Shown here: positions 1-7,439 of the stretch, one piece after another | Layout: each line of letters starts with the position of its first letter | Position numbering within the stretch: the stretch's first letter is position 1 | Source: an uncultured virus (IMG/VR IMGVR_UViG_2706794523_000001) | Taxonomy: Duplodnaviria > Heunggongvirae > Uroviricota > Caudoviricetes > Schitoviridae | IMG/VR virus record: IMGVR_UViG_2706794523_000001 | Location: 53,303 to 73,302 of that record | DNA: 20,000 nucleotides | Direction: 5' to 3' (one strand) | The notes under the pieces: model-generated | Database searches by the model: none | What the model was told of the DNA's origin: nothing | What the model saw: only the letters and a program-made list of their open reading frames with translations | Translations under genes and position numbers: made by a program

Positions 1-1190
1 ACGCCGACACCCTGCGGCCGGTACTTCTGAACCAGGCGGAACAGCTCGTTGATCGACACGTCCATCGTCGTGCGCTCGCAGAAGCCGTCGACCCAGAACC
101 AATCGCCATTGGAGTTGTAGGCCCAGACCGAGATGACCGAGAAGTCGGCCGTCTGCTTGTCGGAGGTCGCGAAGTCCGTGGTGATATAGAAGTTGAACTG
201 GCTCTGGCGCTCCATCAGCTGGATGCGCGAGAACTCGCGGATCTCCTTGTCCTGGACCAGGCGCTCTTCGTCGGAGGAGATGCGCAGCATCAGCTCCTGC
301 ATGAAGCCCTCGACCTTGCCGGTCAGGACCGCGTCCTCGTACTGCTTGACGATGAAGTCGTAGGTGAAGCGATCCTCCCAGGCGCCGCGGAACTCTTCGC
401 GCGAGCAGGGGAAGCGTTCGCACACCGGCCAGACGTTGACGTCCCAGGCGCCGGACTCTACCGCCTCGACCATGATGTCTTCGAGGTTGAAGGGCGTGCC
501 GTTGAAGACGATCTTGCGGCGGGTCGGATCGAGCGCGTAGTTGATGCCCTTGTAGACCGTGTCCTTGATCGCCTGCATCGAGGCCTTCGACTTGGCGTCG
601 TCGTCGGACACGAGATCGTCGAGCACCGCGAGAGGCGGCCGCTTGCCGAAGATCTTCGTTCCGCGGATGCCGGTCTTGGCGCCGAACATCTTGATGCCGA
701 ACCGGTGGCCGTCCTTGTTGGTGAACTCCAAATAGTTGTCGGTGAAGTGCGCCTCCGGCAGCCACTCCTGCAGGAACTCGCTGTTTTCGTAGCGGAACTG
801 GACGTTCTTGCGTGCCGACTTGACGCCGTTCTCCATCGAGTCGGAGACGTAGATCATGGCCGACAGCTTGCCGAAGCCAGGCAGGTAGCCGAACACGGCG
901 ATGAACAGGACCAGGTATTCGAAAAAGAGCGTGGTCTTGGCCGCGCCGCGAAAGCACAGGTTCGCGATCTGTTCCGATTTTGAAGTGGCCAGCTTGTCGA
1001 GCATCTTCAGATGCACCGGCGGGGTCTTGTGGCTCTCGCCCTCGGCGCCATTCACCAGCTTGATGAAGTTCATGAAGATGAGCGCGAACTGCGACGGCAC
1101 ATAGGATCCGTCGCTCAGCGCCCCGTAGTCGACCTCATCCAGCCACTCGTCGAGCTTCTTCTGGACGATGACGCGATCGGACAGCTCCAT
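1..1190 (-). CDS. terL: Terminase large subunit, N4 gp68-like (3' end runs off the window)
   Basis: Manual translation from ATG 1190 (absent from the ORF track): MELSDRVIVQKKLDEWLDEVDY...FIKLVNGAEGESHKTPPVH...CFRGAAKTT (Walker A-like)...RPPLAVLDDL (Walker B)...FNGTPF...FYITTDFATS (nuclease). This is the typical N4-like TerL signature. Confidence 0.93.
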   Translation of the reverse strand, partial: MELSDRVIVQKKLDEWLDEVDYGALSDGSYVPSQFALIFMNFIKLVNGAEGESHKTPPVHLKMLDKLATSKSEQIANLCFRGAAKTTLFFEYLVLFIAVFGYLPGFGKLSAMIYVSDSMENGVKSARKNVQFRYENSEFLQEWLPEAHFTDNYLEFTNKDGHRFGIKMFGAKTGIRGTKIFGKRPPLAVLDDLVSDDDAKSKASMQAIKDTVYKGINYALDPTRRKIVFNGTPFNLEDIMVEAVESGAWDVNVWPVCERFPCSREEFRGAWEDRFTYDFIVKQYEDAVLTGKVEGFMQELMLRISSDEERLVQDKEIREFSRIQLMERQSQFNFYITTDFATSDKQTADFSVISVWAYNSNGDWFWVDGFCERTTMDVSINELFRLVQKYRPQGVG

Positions 1191-1200
1191 CCGTGATGTC

Positions 1201-2001
1201 TCACTCGACATCGGTCACCTCTTCCTTGTTGACGAGGCGAGCGCCGGCGACGTCGATGGTCTTCATCTGGCCGCCCTGGATCAGGCTCTGCTGCTGGTCG
1301 GCGAGCTTCTCCAGCATCTCGCGCATGTCTTTCATGCCCGAGTTCTCGGACTGGTTGAGGTTGATCTGGAAGCCGGCCTTCATCTCGGGCTTCTTCAGAT
1401 GCGTGAGCAGTCCGATCGCCGCCTCGGCTTGGACCTTCTCGGAGTTGGCGTTCATCATCAGCGTTGCGAGCTGGTTGATCGCCTTCTGGTGGATATCCTG
1501 GTTGAGCACCCAGGTCGGAACCAGGGATTGCTCCATGATCAGGTTGACCAGCTTGCCCCGGGCAAAGGCCGACACGTAGGCCGAGATGTCTTTCTTCGAG
1601 GCGCCCTTGGCGAGCAGCGCGGAGTAGCGGGTCGGGAACGTCTTGGCGTAGGCGTCCTCGTTGTTGTGTCCCATCAGCTTGAACGACACATAGGTGACGG
1701 CGCTGAGATAATCCTCGGTCTTGAATTTCCCTTCCTTCAGCACGGCCGTGTAGCTGATGAAGTTGTCGCGGATGTTCTCGGCGATGATCGGGTCGGCCGA
1801 GATCTGGTTGAGGGTCTGAACCAGGTTCGGGGTGACCGATGCCCGCAGGTGCGTGGGCAGCGCCCGCTTGACGTCGTCTTCCGTCAGCGGAACCAGATTG
1901 GAGGGGACCGGCGCCGCGGGAGCGGGCGGCAATGGCGCAACAGCTGGGGCAGCCACAGGCTTGGGCGCCAGCGGCGGATTATTAAAAAGCGAGGACGTCA
2001 T
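1201..2001 (-). CDS. N4 gp69-like conserved protein (possible terminase small subunit)
   Basis: ALPTHLR...IRDNFISYTAVLKEGKFKTEDYLSAVTYVSFKLMG...TFPTRY...KLVNLIMEQSLVP matches the recalled N4 gp69 family. It lies directly upstream of terL, and AAGGA precedes ATG 2001. Confidence 0.8.
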   Translation of the reverse strand: MTSSLFNNPPLAPKPVAAPAVAPLPPAPAAPVPSNLVPLTEDDVKRALPTHLRASVTPNLVQTLNQISADPIIAENIRDNFISYTAVLKEGKFKTEDYLSAVTYVSFKLMGHNNEDAYAKTFPTRYSALLAKGASKKDISAYVSAFARGKLVNLIMEQSLVPTWVLNQDIHQKAINQLATLMMNANSEKVQAEAAIGLLTHLKKPEMKAGFQINLNQSENSGMKDMREMLEKLADQQQSLIQGGQMKTIDVAGARLVNKEEVTDVE

Positions 2002-2097
2002 TTTATTTCCTTGCACGCAATTATTTTTATGGTAATCATAATAGCATATTCGTCAAGCGCGGTATTCAAAATCAATTTCTGATTATCTATTGTAATC

Positions 2098-2181
2098 CCC
2101 TCCGGCGTTTTGTGGGTTTCCGCCGTTGAGGGTTTAGAGGCCGAGAGCGTTTGTCCCCCCCGTTTGGACGCTCTCGGCCTC
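2098..2181. other. Two strong intergenic stem-loops (terminator or RNA-processing site)
   Basis: CCCTC-CGGCG...CGCCG-TT-GAGGG (2098-2132) and GAGGCCGAGAGCGTTT (2137-2152) / GGACGCTCTCGGCCTC (2166-2181). Confidence 0.55.
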
Positions 2182-2188
2182 GTTCGTT

Positions 2189-2521
2189 TCAGGCCTCCTC
2201 CCGAGTCTTCCGCCAATCAGCCAGCTTCTCGACACTCGTGGTCGAGTTGGCCATGATGCTTTCCGGCTTGTCGTCGATCCAGACGTCGGGGATGAACCCG
2301 TCGCCGAAGTGATCGAGGAACCACTTCTTCGCGATGCCGCGGCAGTAGATGACGGGGAAGTGCTGCTCTGCTTCGATCAGCGGAGCCGTGCGGTCGAACT
2401 CGTTGTTCCTGGCGGTGACGATGCGGACATCGTGGCCCCGACGCTTGGCCGCCCGGCCAAAGGCCTGGAACAACTCAGGATCGGCCGAGTAGGTCATGTC
2501 GTAGTCGAGTGCGATTTTCAT
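2189..2521 (-). CDS. HAD-superfamily hydrolase/phosphatase, 110 aa
   Basis: MKIALDYDMT (DxD motif I), IVTAR (motif II), K (motif III), WIDD (motif IV). The likely start is ATG 2521 with AGGA upstream. Confidence 0.8.
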   Translation of the reverse strand: MKIALDYDMTYSADPELFQAFGRAAKRRGHDVRIVTARNNEFDRTAPLIEAEQHFPVIYCRGIAKKWFLDHFGDGFIPDVWIDDKPESIMANSTTSVEKLADWRKTREEA

Positions 2522-2523
2522 AG

Positions 2524-2775
2524 TTAATCCTGGTGTTTGGTTACGACGACTCTGTGAGCATCGGTGTTGACGGTGCGGCCATCGCCGCGCTGGAGGCGTG
2601 TCTCGTTGTCCTCTCGGGTGGCCCGGAACTGCACCTGGCCATTCTTCCCGACGCGGAACTGCATGACGTGGACAAGGTCGCAGTCGCAGCAGCCCATGAA
2701 GTAGCGATCGGCTCGCGGCTGGACCCAACGGGACCAGCCGCTCTTGTTGGCCTTCTCCTTGCGGAAGCGGATCAC
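2524..2775 (-). CDS. Hypothetical Cys/His-rich phage protein, 83 aa
   Basis: GTG start overlapping the upstream stop; GWSRWVQP...MGCCDCDLVH...QFR motif suggests metal binding. Confidence 0.65.
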   Translation of the reverse strand: MIRFRKEKANKSGWSRWVQPRADRYFMGCCDCDLVHVMQFRVGKNGQVQFRATREDNETRLQRGDGRTVNTDAHRVVVTKHQD

Positions 2776-2873
2776 GACAGCCACCAAGCCATACCAGCGG
2801 CGCCGGCAATGAAGCCGACGCCCGCATAGACCCACTTCGTCGCCCAGGGGATGATCAGATCTTCGAGTCCCAT
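2772..2873 (-). CDS. Small membrane protein, 33 aa
   Basis: MGLEDLIIPWATKWVYAGVGFIAGAAGMAWWLS*; coupled to both neighbours by TGATG and GTGA overlaps. Confidence 0.6.
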   Translation of the reverse strand: MGLEDLIIPWATKWVYAGVGFIAGAAGMAWWLS

Positions 2874-4193
2874 CAGTCCCTCGCCAGGTTCTGGAATTGC
2901 TGGGCCTGCTGCTGCGCAGCCCGCTGGCCGGACACCAGCTCAAGCGCTTCCTGGCGAGCCAGGCGCCGGGACAGATGATGCTTGTGGAGCTCCATCGCAT
3001 TGACCTGCTGGTACATATCCCGGCGGTCGACAGACGGCAGACGGTTGAAGGCGTCGGTGCGGAGGAAGGCTTCGAGCTTGTCGTAGCGCTCGGTCAGCTG
3101 CTGGAGTTNCGGCAGACGGTTGAAGGCGTCGGTGCGGAGGAAGGCTTCGAGCTTGTCGTAGCGCTCGGTCAGCTGCTGGAGTTCGAGCTTGGCCCGGATC
3201 TGCCAGGTCTCGTCGCTGGTGTGGGTCTCGTCCTCACCGCCCTTGTTCATGAAGCGGGTCATGTCGTTCATAAGGGAGAGGAGGTTCTCGTCGAGATGAT
3301 CATCTTCGGGCAGGAGCTCCCGATAACAGCCGATTGGCTGGTCTTTGTATCGGAGCTTCATACGGAGGGATTTGCCTTCGGGACCGTCACGGAGAACGAT
3401 CTCGCCGAGCCGAGTCTCCTNATCGGAGCTTCATACGGAGGGATTTGCCTTCGGGACCGTCACGGAGAACGATCTCGCCGAGCCGAGTCTCCTTGCTCGC
3501 CTCACCGGTCCCTTCCGCGCTTGCGGCTGCCGGCTGCGCCTCTGCCGCGCGCACGGGCCGGTAGGCTCGCTCGAACACTTCCTTGGGGGACCAGGAGATG
3601 TAGCCCTTGAAACCGGGGACATGGGGAGGGTTCTCGACGCGGTCGGTGTATTCGACAATGTAGCCTGCATCGTTGCCGTCTTCATTGGACGGCAAGGTCC
3701 ATCCGCGCAGCTTGTTGTATTGCTGCCGGCTCATAGGCGTGGCGTTGATCACCTTGGTTCCGATGTAGGTCTCGAAGCCTTCCTGCGGTTCTACCAGGGC
3801 GCCACCGATCAGGCGTTGGTCGCGGGCCATCCTCGACTTGAGCTCGTAGCCCATCAGCGCCCACATCTTGGCGATGGCGTCCGACTTGGCCAGGCGCTTG
3901 CCGATCTCGGGGTTGAAGTTCTTCGGGTCGGCGCACGCGCTCTGACCCAGGACGGTGAAGCCGTTCCACAGGCGCAGCACACAGATAGTCAGGAGGCCGA
4001 GGTCCGGATCCAGTGGCAAAGGGTAAGCCGGCACGGAGCCCGTCTCGACGGCAGCATCGAGAAAGCCTGCTCGGGCGCCTTGTTCCGCACTGAAGAAGTG
4101 CTCGGAGATAATGGCTGCTTCGACGTCGGCGAGGGTAACCCGTTCGCCGCGGGCGCCGTCGATCAGCTCCTGCTCGGTGACATTCGTATTCAT
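2873..4193 (-). CDS. Multidomain protein (~390 aa after removing artefact duplications): N4 gp49/Sf6 gp66 domain + YIGTK..SWSPKxVF domain + unknown domain + crAss001_48-like helical domain; putative anti-defence nucleotide sponge
   Basis: Track ORFs 3387..4313 and 2873..3361 join in frame (...GKSLRMKLR|YKDQPIG...) once 73 nt (a 72-nt copy plus the N at 3421) are removed. 1321-73-75=1173 nt = 391 codons. AAGGA lies upstream of ATG 4193. Confidence 0.75.
3035..3183. repeat. Exact 74-nt tandem duplication separated by N (assembly artefact)
   Basis: 3035-3108 = 3110-3183, N at 3109. Confidence 0.9.
3349..3493. repeat. Exact 72-nt tandem duplication separated by N (assembly artefact, causes apparent frameshift)
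   Basis: 3349-3420 = 3422-3493, N at 3421. Confidence 0.9.
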
Positions 4194-4228
4194 GAAAGGA
4201 TTGTCCTTAAACATAGAGGGAGTTGGGC

Positions 4229-4444
4229 TCAGCCGGTAATGCCGTCGGGAGCGGGCGTGATGATGTGGTAGTCGACGCTCTTCTCGCGGATCAGGATGTA
4301 GCCCTCGTCGCACTGCAGGCGCACGTAGGTGCCCTTGGCATCCCAGCTTGTGATGTTGCGCAGGTTCAGGTGGTTGCCTGACTTGAATACGACCTTGCGC
4401 TTCAGTTCGAGGACGGGAACAGCTGCCTTCAGTTTATCGCTCAT
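4229..4444 (-). CDS. Hypothetical protein, 71 aa
   Basis: MSDKLKAAVPVLELKRKVVFKSGNHLNLRNITSWDAKGTYVRLQC...; AAGGA upstream of ATG 4444. Confidence 0.7.
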   Translation of the reverse strand: MSDKLKAAVPVLELKRKVVFKSGNHLNLRNITSWDAKGTYVRLQCDEGYILIREKSVDYHIITPAPDGITG

Positions 4445-4536
4445 AATATTTTCCTTGCATATGTCAAAGTGGTTATCTAATAATCCGACGATAGATTGTA
4501 GACCACCATTGGGTTGATAATGCAAGGGGTATTTTT

Positions 4537-4617
4537 ATGAGCGATTATGTTCTCTATATCGGGCTCGCGATCGACGCGGCCATCCTGGCCTGGCTTATCG
4601 TGCGGGACGTCTACTGA
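4537..4617 (+). CDS. Small membrane peptide, 26 aa
   Basis: MSDYVLYIGLAIDAAILAWLIVRDVY*; AGGGG upstream and TGATG coupling to the next ORF. Confidence 0.55.
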   Translation: MSDYVLYIGLAIDAAILAWLIVRDVY

Positions 4618-4865
4618 TGCCCCAGATCAAGCTGCTCGACCTGACTGACGCCGAGGTCTCCGAGATTCTGGGAGAGGAGCCAGAGGAAATGACCGTGGGG
4701 CTCGACAACGGCCTGACCCTTCCGGTGACCATGATGCTGGACAAGGATGGCAACCCCACCGACATCGTGTTCGATGCAACGACGCTTCTCGCCGGCTCGG
4801 CCGCGCTCGGCTGGTACGAGATCGACGTCGCCGACGGATCCTGGTCTCGTCCTCTCCTTCACTGA
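4617..4865 (+). CDS. Acidic hypothetical protein, 82 aa
   Basis: ORF with phage-like codon usage, coupled to the upstream peptide. Confidence 0.65.
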   Translation: MPQIKLLDLTDAEVSEILGEEPEEMTVGLDNGLTLPVTMMLDKDGNPTDIVFDATTLLAGSAALGWYEIDVADGSWSRPLLH

Positions 4866-4869
4866 GAAA

Positions 4870-5400
4870 ACGATAGACATCTTTCAGATTGATCGAGGGT
4901 GGGGCTTTACAGGCCCCCTTCCCTTTGTTAAAGAGCGTGCTCTTTACCACCGCCCCACGGCCTACCTCTGCATCTCCCCCCTACTGTTTTCTTTAGAAAG
5001 AAAATAAGAAAGAGAGAGATACGGACGGGCGAAGCTATATGTGGGTGACCCCACTGGGACCTGGGGGACTCTGGTTCATTAAAGAGATAATCATTACCAC
5101 AATGATTTGAAAACCATTAAGGTAAATCCTCGCGCTATTTTTAAGGGGATTTAATAGATAATGATTAGCCTGTTTTCTCTGGCTCATTATCTTGGTTCCG
5201 ATTTTGGCGATTATGCCGCCCATTATGCAGATAATATTATCTAGATTTTTGCAGTAGCCATTTTATCATAATGACGTTCTGGTGCTGTACATACACCGGG
5301 GGTGACCCTGTCAGATTTAAATACCCCCCCGGTCTAACACCCTCACACCCATACTCACCACCCCCTGTGTTCATGGCGCTTCGCGCCTTCTGGATCATTC
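4870..5400. other. Non-coding junction of genome right end and left end (probable terminal direct-repeat region)
   Basis: AT-rich and lacking convincing ORFs. It lies between terL/gp69 (end of N4-type genomes) and the first vRNAP promoter/gp1 (start of N4-type genomes). Inverted repeat ACCGGGGG (5295-5302)/CCCCCGGT (5326-5333). Confidence 0.65.
5375..5394 (+). promoter_or_regulatory. N4-type virion RNA polymerase hairpin promoter (early promoter 1)
   Basis: GGCGC-TTC-GCGCC-TTCT-GGA: 5-bp stem, 3-nt loop (GAA on template), 4-nt spacer, G at +1. Same architecture as N4 P2 (GAAGC-TCC-GCTTC-TTTT-GGA); directly upstream of gp1. Confidence 0.85.
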
Positions 5401-5424
5401 ATCCTAACATAGGAGCATACGCAT

Positions 5425-5751
5425 ATGGCTACCGTTCTCAGTGCATCTAACGCTACTGCCACGTCGATCCTGTCGACGGTGCAAACGCTGGCTCATACTG
5501 CTCAGCGTACCATAACCACAGCTGCTGCTGGGTTGGACATGCTGGACACATACGTCGAAGACGCTCGTGTTCGTCAGGCTGATCAGTCCAAGATCAACCG
5601 GCACAACTACCGTAAGTCGCTCATTCAGGAGTCTGCTCTGGAGCAGGCTCGCAAGGAGCATCAGCTCACACAGGAGATTGGTTCCAACCAGGTCCTGGCT
5701 AAGCTGTTTAATGACAATCATGCAGCTCTGGAGGCGCTTTTCGCCTCCTAA
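5425..5751 (+). CDS. N4 gp1-like early protein, 108 aa
   Basis: AGGAG RBS; first gene after the hairpin promoter. Length and the S/T/A-rich N-terminus followed by GLDMLDTYVEDARVRQ resemble N4 gp1. Confidence 0.7.
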   Translation: MATVLSASNATATSILSTVQTLAHTAQRTITTAAAGLDMLDTYVEDARVRQADQSKINRHNYRKSLIQESALEQARKEHQLTQEIGSNQVLAKLFNDNHAALEALFAS

Positions 5752-5762
5752 TGGAGCTCTAA

Positions 5763-5786
5763 GACTCAGCGCTTCGGCGCTGGGTC
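5763..5786 (+). terminator. Stem-loop with C(UUCG)G tetraloop after gp1 (terminator-like or stabilising)
   Basis: GACTCAGCGC-TTCG-GCGCTGGGTC; no clear U-tract. Confidence 0.5.
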
Positions 5787-5900
5787 ACACCATTATCTCG
5801 ATAGTATATTCAAATTATCGCGGTAATCCCCAACATACTGTGACGACAGACCATCGGTTCTGGCGCATCAATCAACCACTCAAATCGCGAGGAATTCCCA

Positions 5901-6101
5901 ATGGGCCGCAAGGACCAATCCCATTCTCATGGGGCAATGCCGTTCGACTATGAAGTCGATGCGGCTGCTCAACTGCGCCATCAGGCGTTCGGATCGCATT
6001 CGTTTCTCGATGAAGGCTTTGATGCCTTCGATCACGAGGACCAGATGCTCCAGGCAAATGGTCGGCTCAATCCCGTCTGGGAGATGAGCAATGCCCGTTA
6101 A
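5901..6101 (+). CDS. Hypothetical early protein, 66 aa
   Basis: GAGGA RBS; overlaps the next ORF. Confidence 0.6.
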   Translation: MGRKDQSHSHGAMPFDYEVDAAAQLRHQAFGSHSFLDEGFDAFDHEDQMLQANGRLNPVWEMSNAR

Positions 6102-6345
6102 GGCTCCTGCCGAGTTCAACCTCGACAAGATGTTCGTGGCTCACGAGCAGGACCAATACGAGACGGCTTGTCGTCTCGATCCTGAACCAATGGTCAAGGA
6201 CCAGCTCAACTGGGCCGAAGTACGCTTCGTGATCAGGAGCTTGATCCTGGTCGGCTGCATCACCATCGGCACTGTCATGGGCGTCTGCGCCATCTATGAG
6301 CGCACCGCACATCATCAGGCCATCGTCTGCCAGGAGGGCTGCTAA
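6091..6345 (+). CDS. Hypothetical membrane protein, 84 aa
   Basis: Hydrophobic segment FVIRSLILVGCITIGTVMGVCAIY; TAATG coupling to the next ORF. Confidence 0.65.
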   Translation: MPVKAPAEFNLDKMFVAHEQDQYETACRLDPEPMVKDQLNWAEVRFVIRSLILVGCITIGTVMGVCAIYERTAHHQAIVCQEGC

Positions 6346-6542
6346 TGCCCATCCTTAGCAAGAGCGAGCTCAAGGAGCTAATCGAGGCTCAATACACACC
6401 AAGCGAGGCTGCGATTATCACATCGGAGATCCTCGCTCGCATCCAAAATGATCCCGCACTGGCACATGAGATCGGCACTCTACTGATCGAGTGCGCAATG
6501 CGGGATGTCGCCGAAGCTTTGACCTCAACCCACAAGGACTGA
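6345..6542 (+). CDS. Hypothetical protein, 65 aa
   Basis: AGGAGG RBS, coupled start. Confidence 0.65.
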   Translation: MPILSKSELKELIEAQYTPSEAAIITSEILARIQNDPALAHEIGTLLIECAMRDVAEALTSTHKD

Positions 6543-6545
6543 ACC

Positions 6546-6677
6546 ATGAAGAAGATCATCATCCTCGCTGTTGCCCTGCTCTGTGCCGGTTGCGCCAGCG
6601 CCCGTTACAACGACCATTACGTCGGCGATTCCACTGGCTGCAGTGGCATTCCGTCCTGCTACAGCCCTGTCGAATAA
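6546..6677 (+). CDS. Small lipoprotein-like protein, 43 aa
   Basis: MKKIIILAVALLCAGC-ASARYNDHYVGDSTGCSGIPSCYSPVE*; AAGGA RBS; basic N-terminus, hydrophobic core and an AG|C lipobox-like site. Confidence 0.7.
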   Translation: MKKIIILAVALLCAGCASARYNDHYVGDSTGCSGIPSCYSPVE

Positions 6678-6680
6678 ACC

Positions 6681-6893
6681 ATGATGATCATCACAACCGA
6701 TGCGCTCAATCGTGAGCACATCGCCGATCGCATGGTAGTTGGCGGTATCCCCGACACACCAGAAAACCTCGATAAAGCCCAGGAGTTCTGCGACTGGGCT
6801 AACACCTTCAGCTGCAGTGATCATGGGGGATCCTTCTACCAGATCGTCGAAAACGGCCATCGCCTCTCACGAGGCATGGAAGATCTCATCTAA
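6681..6893 (+). CDS. Hypothetical protein, 70 aa
   Basis: ORF fills the operon up to the second promoter. Confidence 0.6.
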   Translation: MMIITTDALNREHIADRMVVGGIPDTPENLDKAQEFCDWANTFSCSDHGGSFYQIVENGHRLSRGMEDLI

Positions 6894-6918
6894 ATAACTG
6901 CAATCGCTTGTTTTGGTT

Positions 6919-6938
6919 GGCGCTTCGCGCCTCCGAGA
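6919..6938 (+). promoter_or_regulatory. N4-type virion RNAP hairpin promoter (early promoter 2)
   Basis: GGCGC-TTC-GCGCC-TCCGAGA, hairpin identical to 5375-5387, upstream of the gp2 homolog as in N4. Confidence 0.82.
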
Positions 6939-6977
6939 CCGTCATCATCAACCATGAAACCTCTGGAGCTACCACTC

Positions 6978-7436
6978 ATGAGCATTCTCGATTACACCCG
7001 TCCGGCTGCGCCGGCACCGACCTCGCGTTCGCCTTTCGCTGGCCTGACCAGCGTCACCAACGATCGTCCCAAGGCCAAGCTGTGGCTGAACACCGGCTAC
7101 GTCATCGCCGGCTCGGACAAGTTCATCAACCTGCCTGTCGGCCTGCCGATCGACACCATGGAACCGGCACCGGTGGGCGGCCAGAACGAAGACTGGCTGA
7201 AGCAGCGCCAGGCGCAGAACGAGTTCCTCAAGAGCCTGCAGGCTGCCGGCGCCGACATGGCACCGGGCGAGGAACGCGACATCATCCGTCAGGATATGGG
7301 CAATGGCATCACGCTTGTCGTTCGCCTGCGCCGCGTGAACGAAGAGCGGGCTGTCCCGCTGGCCACCAACGAATATGCCGTGAACTTCACGTCCATGTTC
7401 GCCAAGCCGGCGACCATGCCGGAAGCTGCCGAATAA
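6978..7436 (+). CDS. N4 gp2/Drc-like ssDNA-binding activator of RNAPII, 152 aa
   Basis: DRPKAKLWLNTGY...KFINLPVGLPIDTMEP...AQNEFL...MAPGEE...VRLRRV...NEYA matches recalled N4 gp2 (KPKAQFWLNIGY...FISLPTGIPLDTQEP...LEPGEE...VQLRRV). GGAG RBS before ATG 6978. Confidence 0.88.
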   Translation: MSILDYTRPAAPAPTSRSPFAGLTSVTNDRPKAKLWLNTGYVIAGSDKFINLPVGLPIDTMEPAPVGGQNEDWLKQRQAQNEFLKSLQAAGADMAPGEERDIIRQDMGNGITLVVRLRRVNEERAVPLATNEYAVNFTSMFAKPATMPEAAE

Positions 7437-7439
7437 GCG

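Noticed and set aside
705..2082. Long plus-strand ORFs (e.g. 1168..2082, 304 aa)
   Set aside because: Antisense shadows of terL and gp69 caused by high GC3; no RBS or recognisable motifs.
3290..3345. Acb2 similarity (IGCYRELL vs Acb2 IKGYRDLS)
   Set aside because: Only a short motif; the rest of the Acb2 pattern is not evident, so it is left as an unknown domain.
3035..3493. Tandem 72-74 nt repeats as biological repeats, a CRISPR array or DGR template/variable repeats
   Set aside because: They are exact copies separated by a single N with near-constant length at three loci, typical of unmerged contig overlaps in scaffolding.
2897..4271. Plus-strand ORFs 2897..3610 and 3345..4271
   Set aside because: Antisense shadows of the multidomain minus-strand gene.
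5106..5154. CtrA boxes (TTAA-N7-TTAA)
   Set aside because: Only N6-spaced or mismatched versions are present in an AT-rich context.
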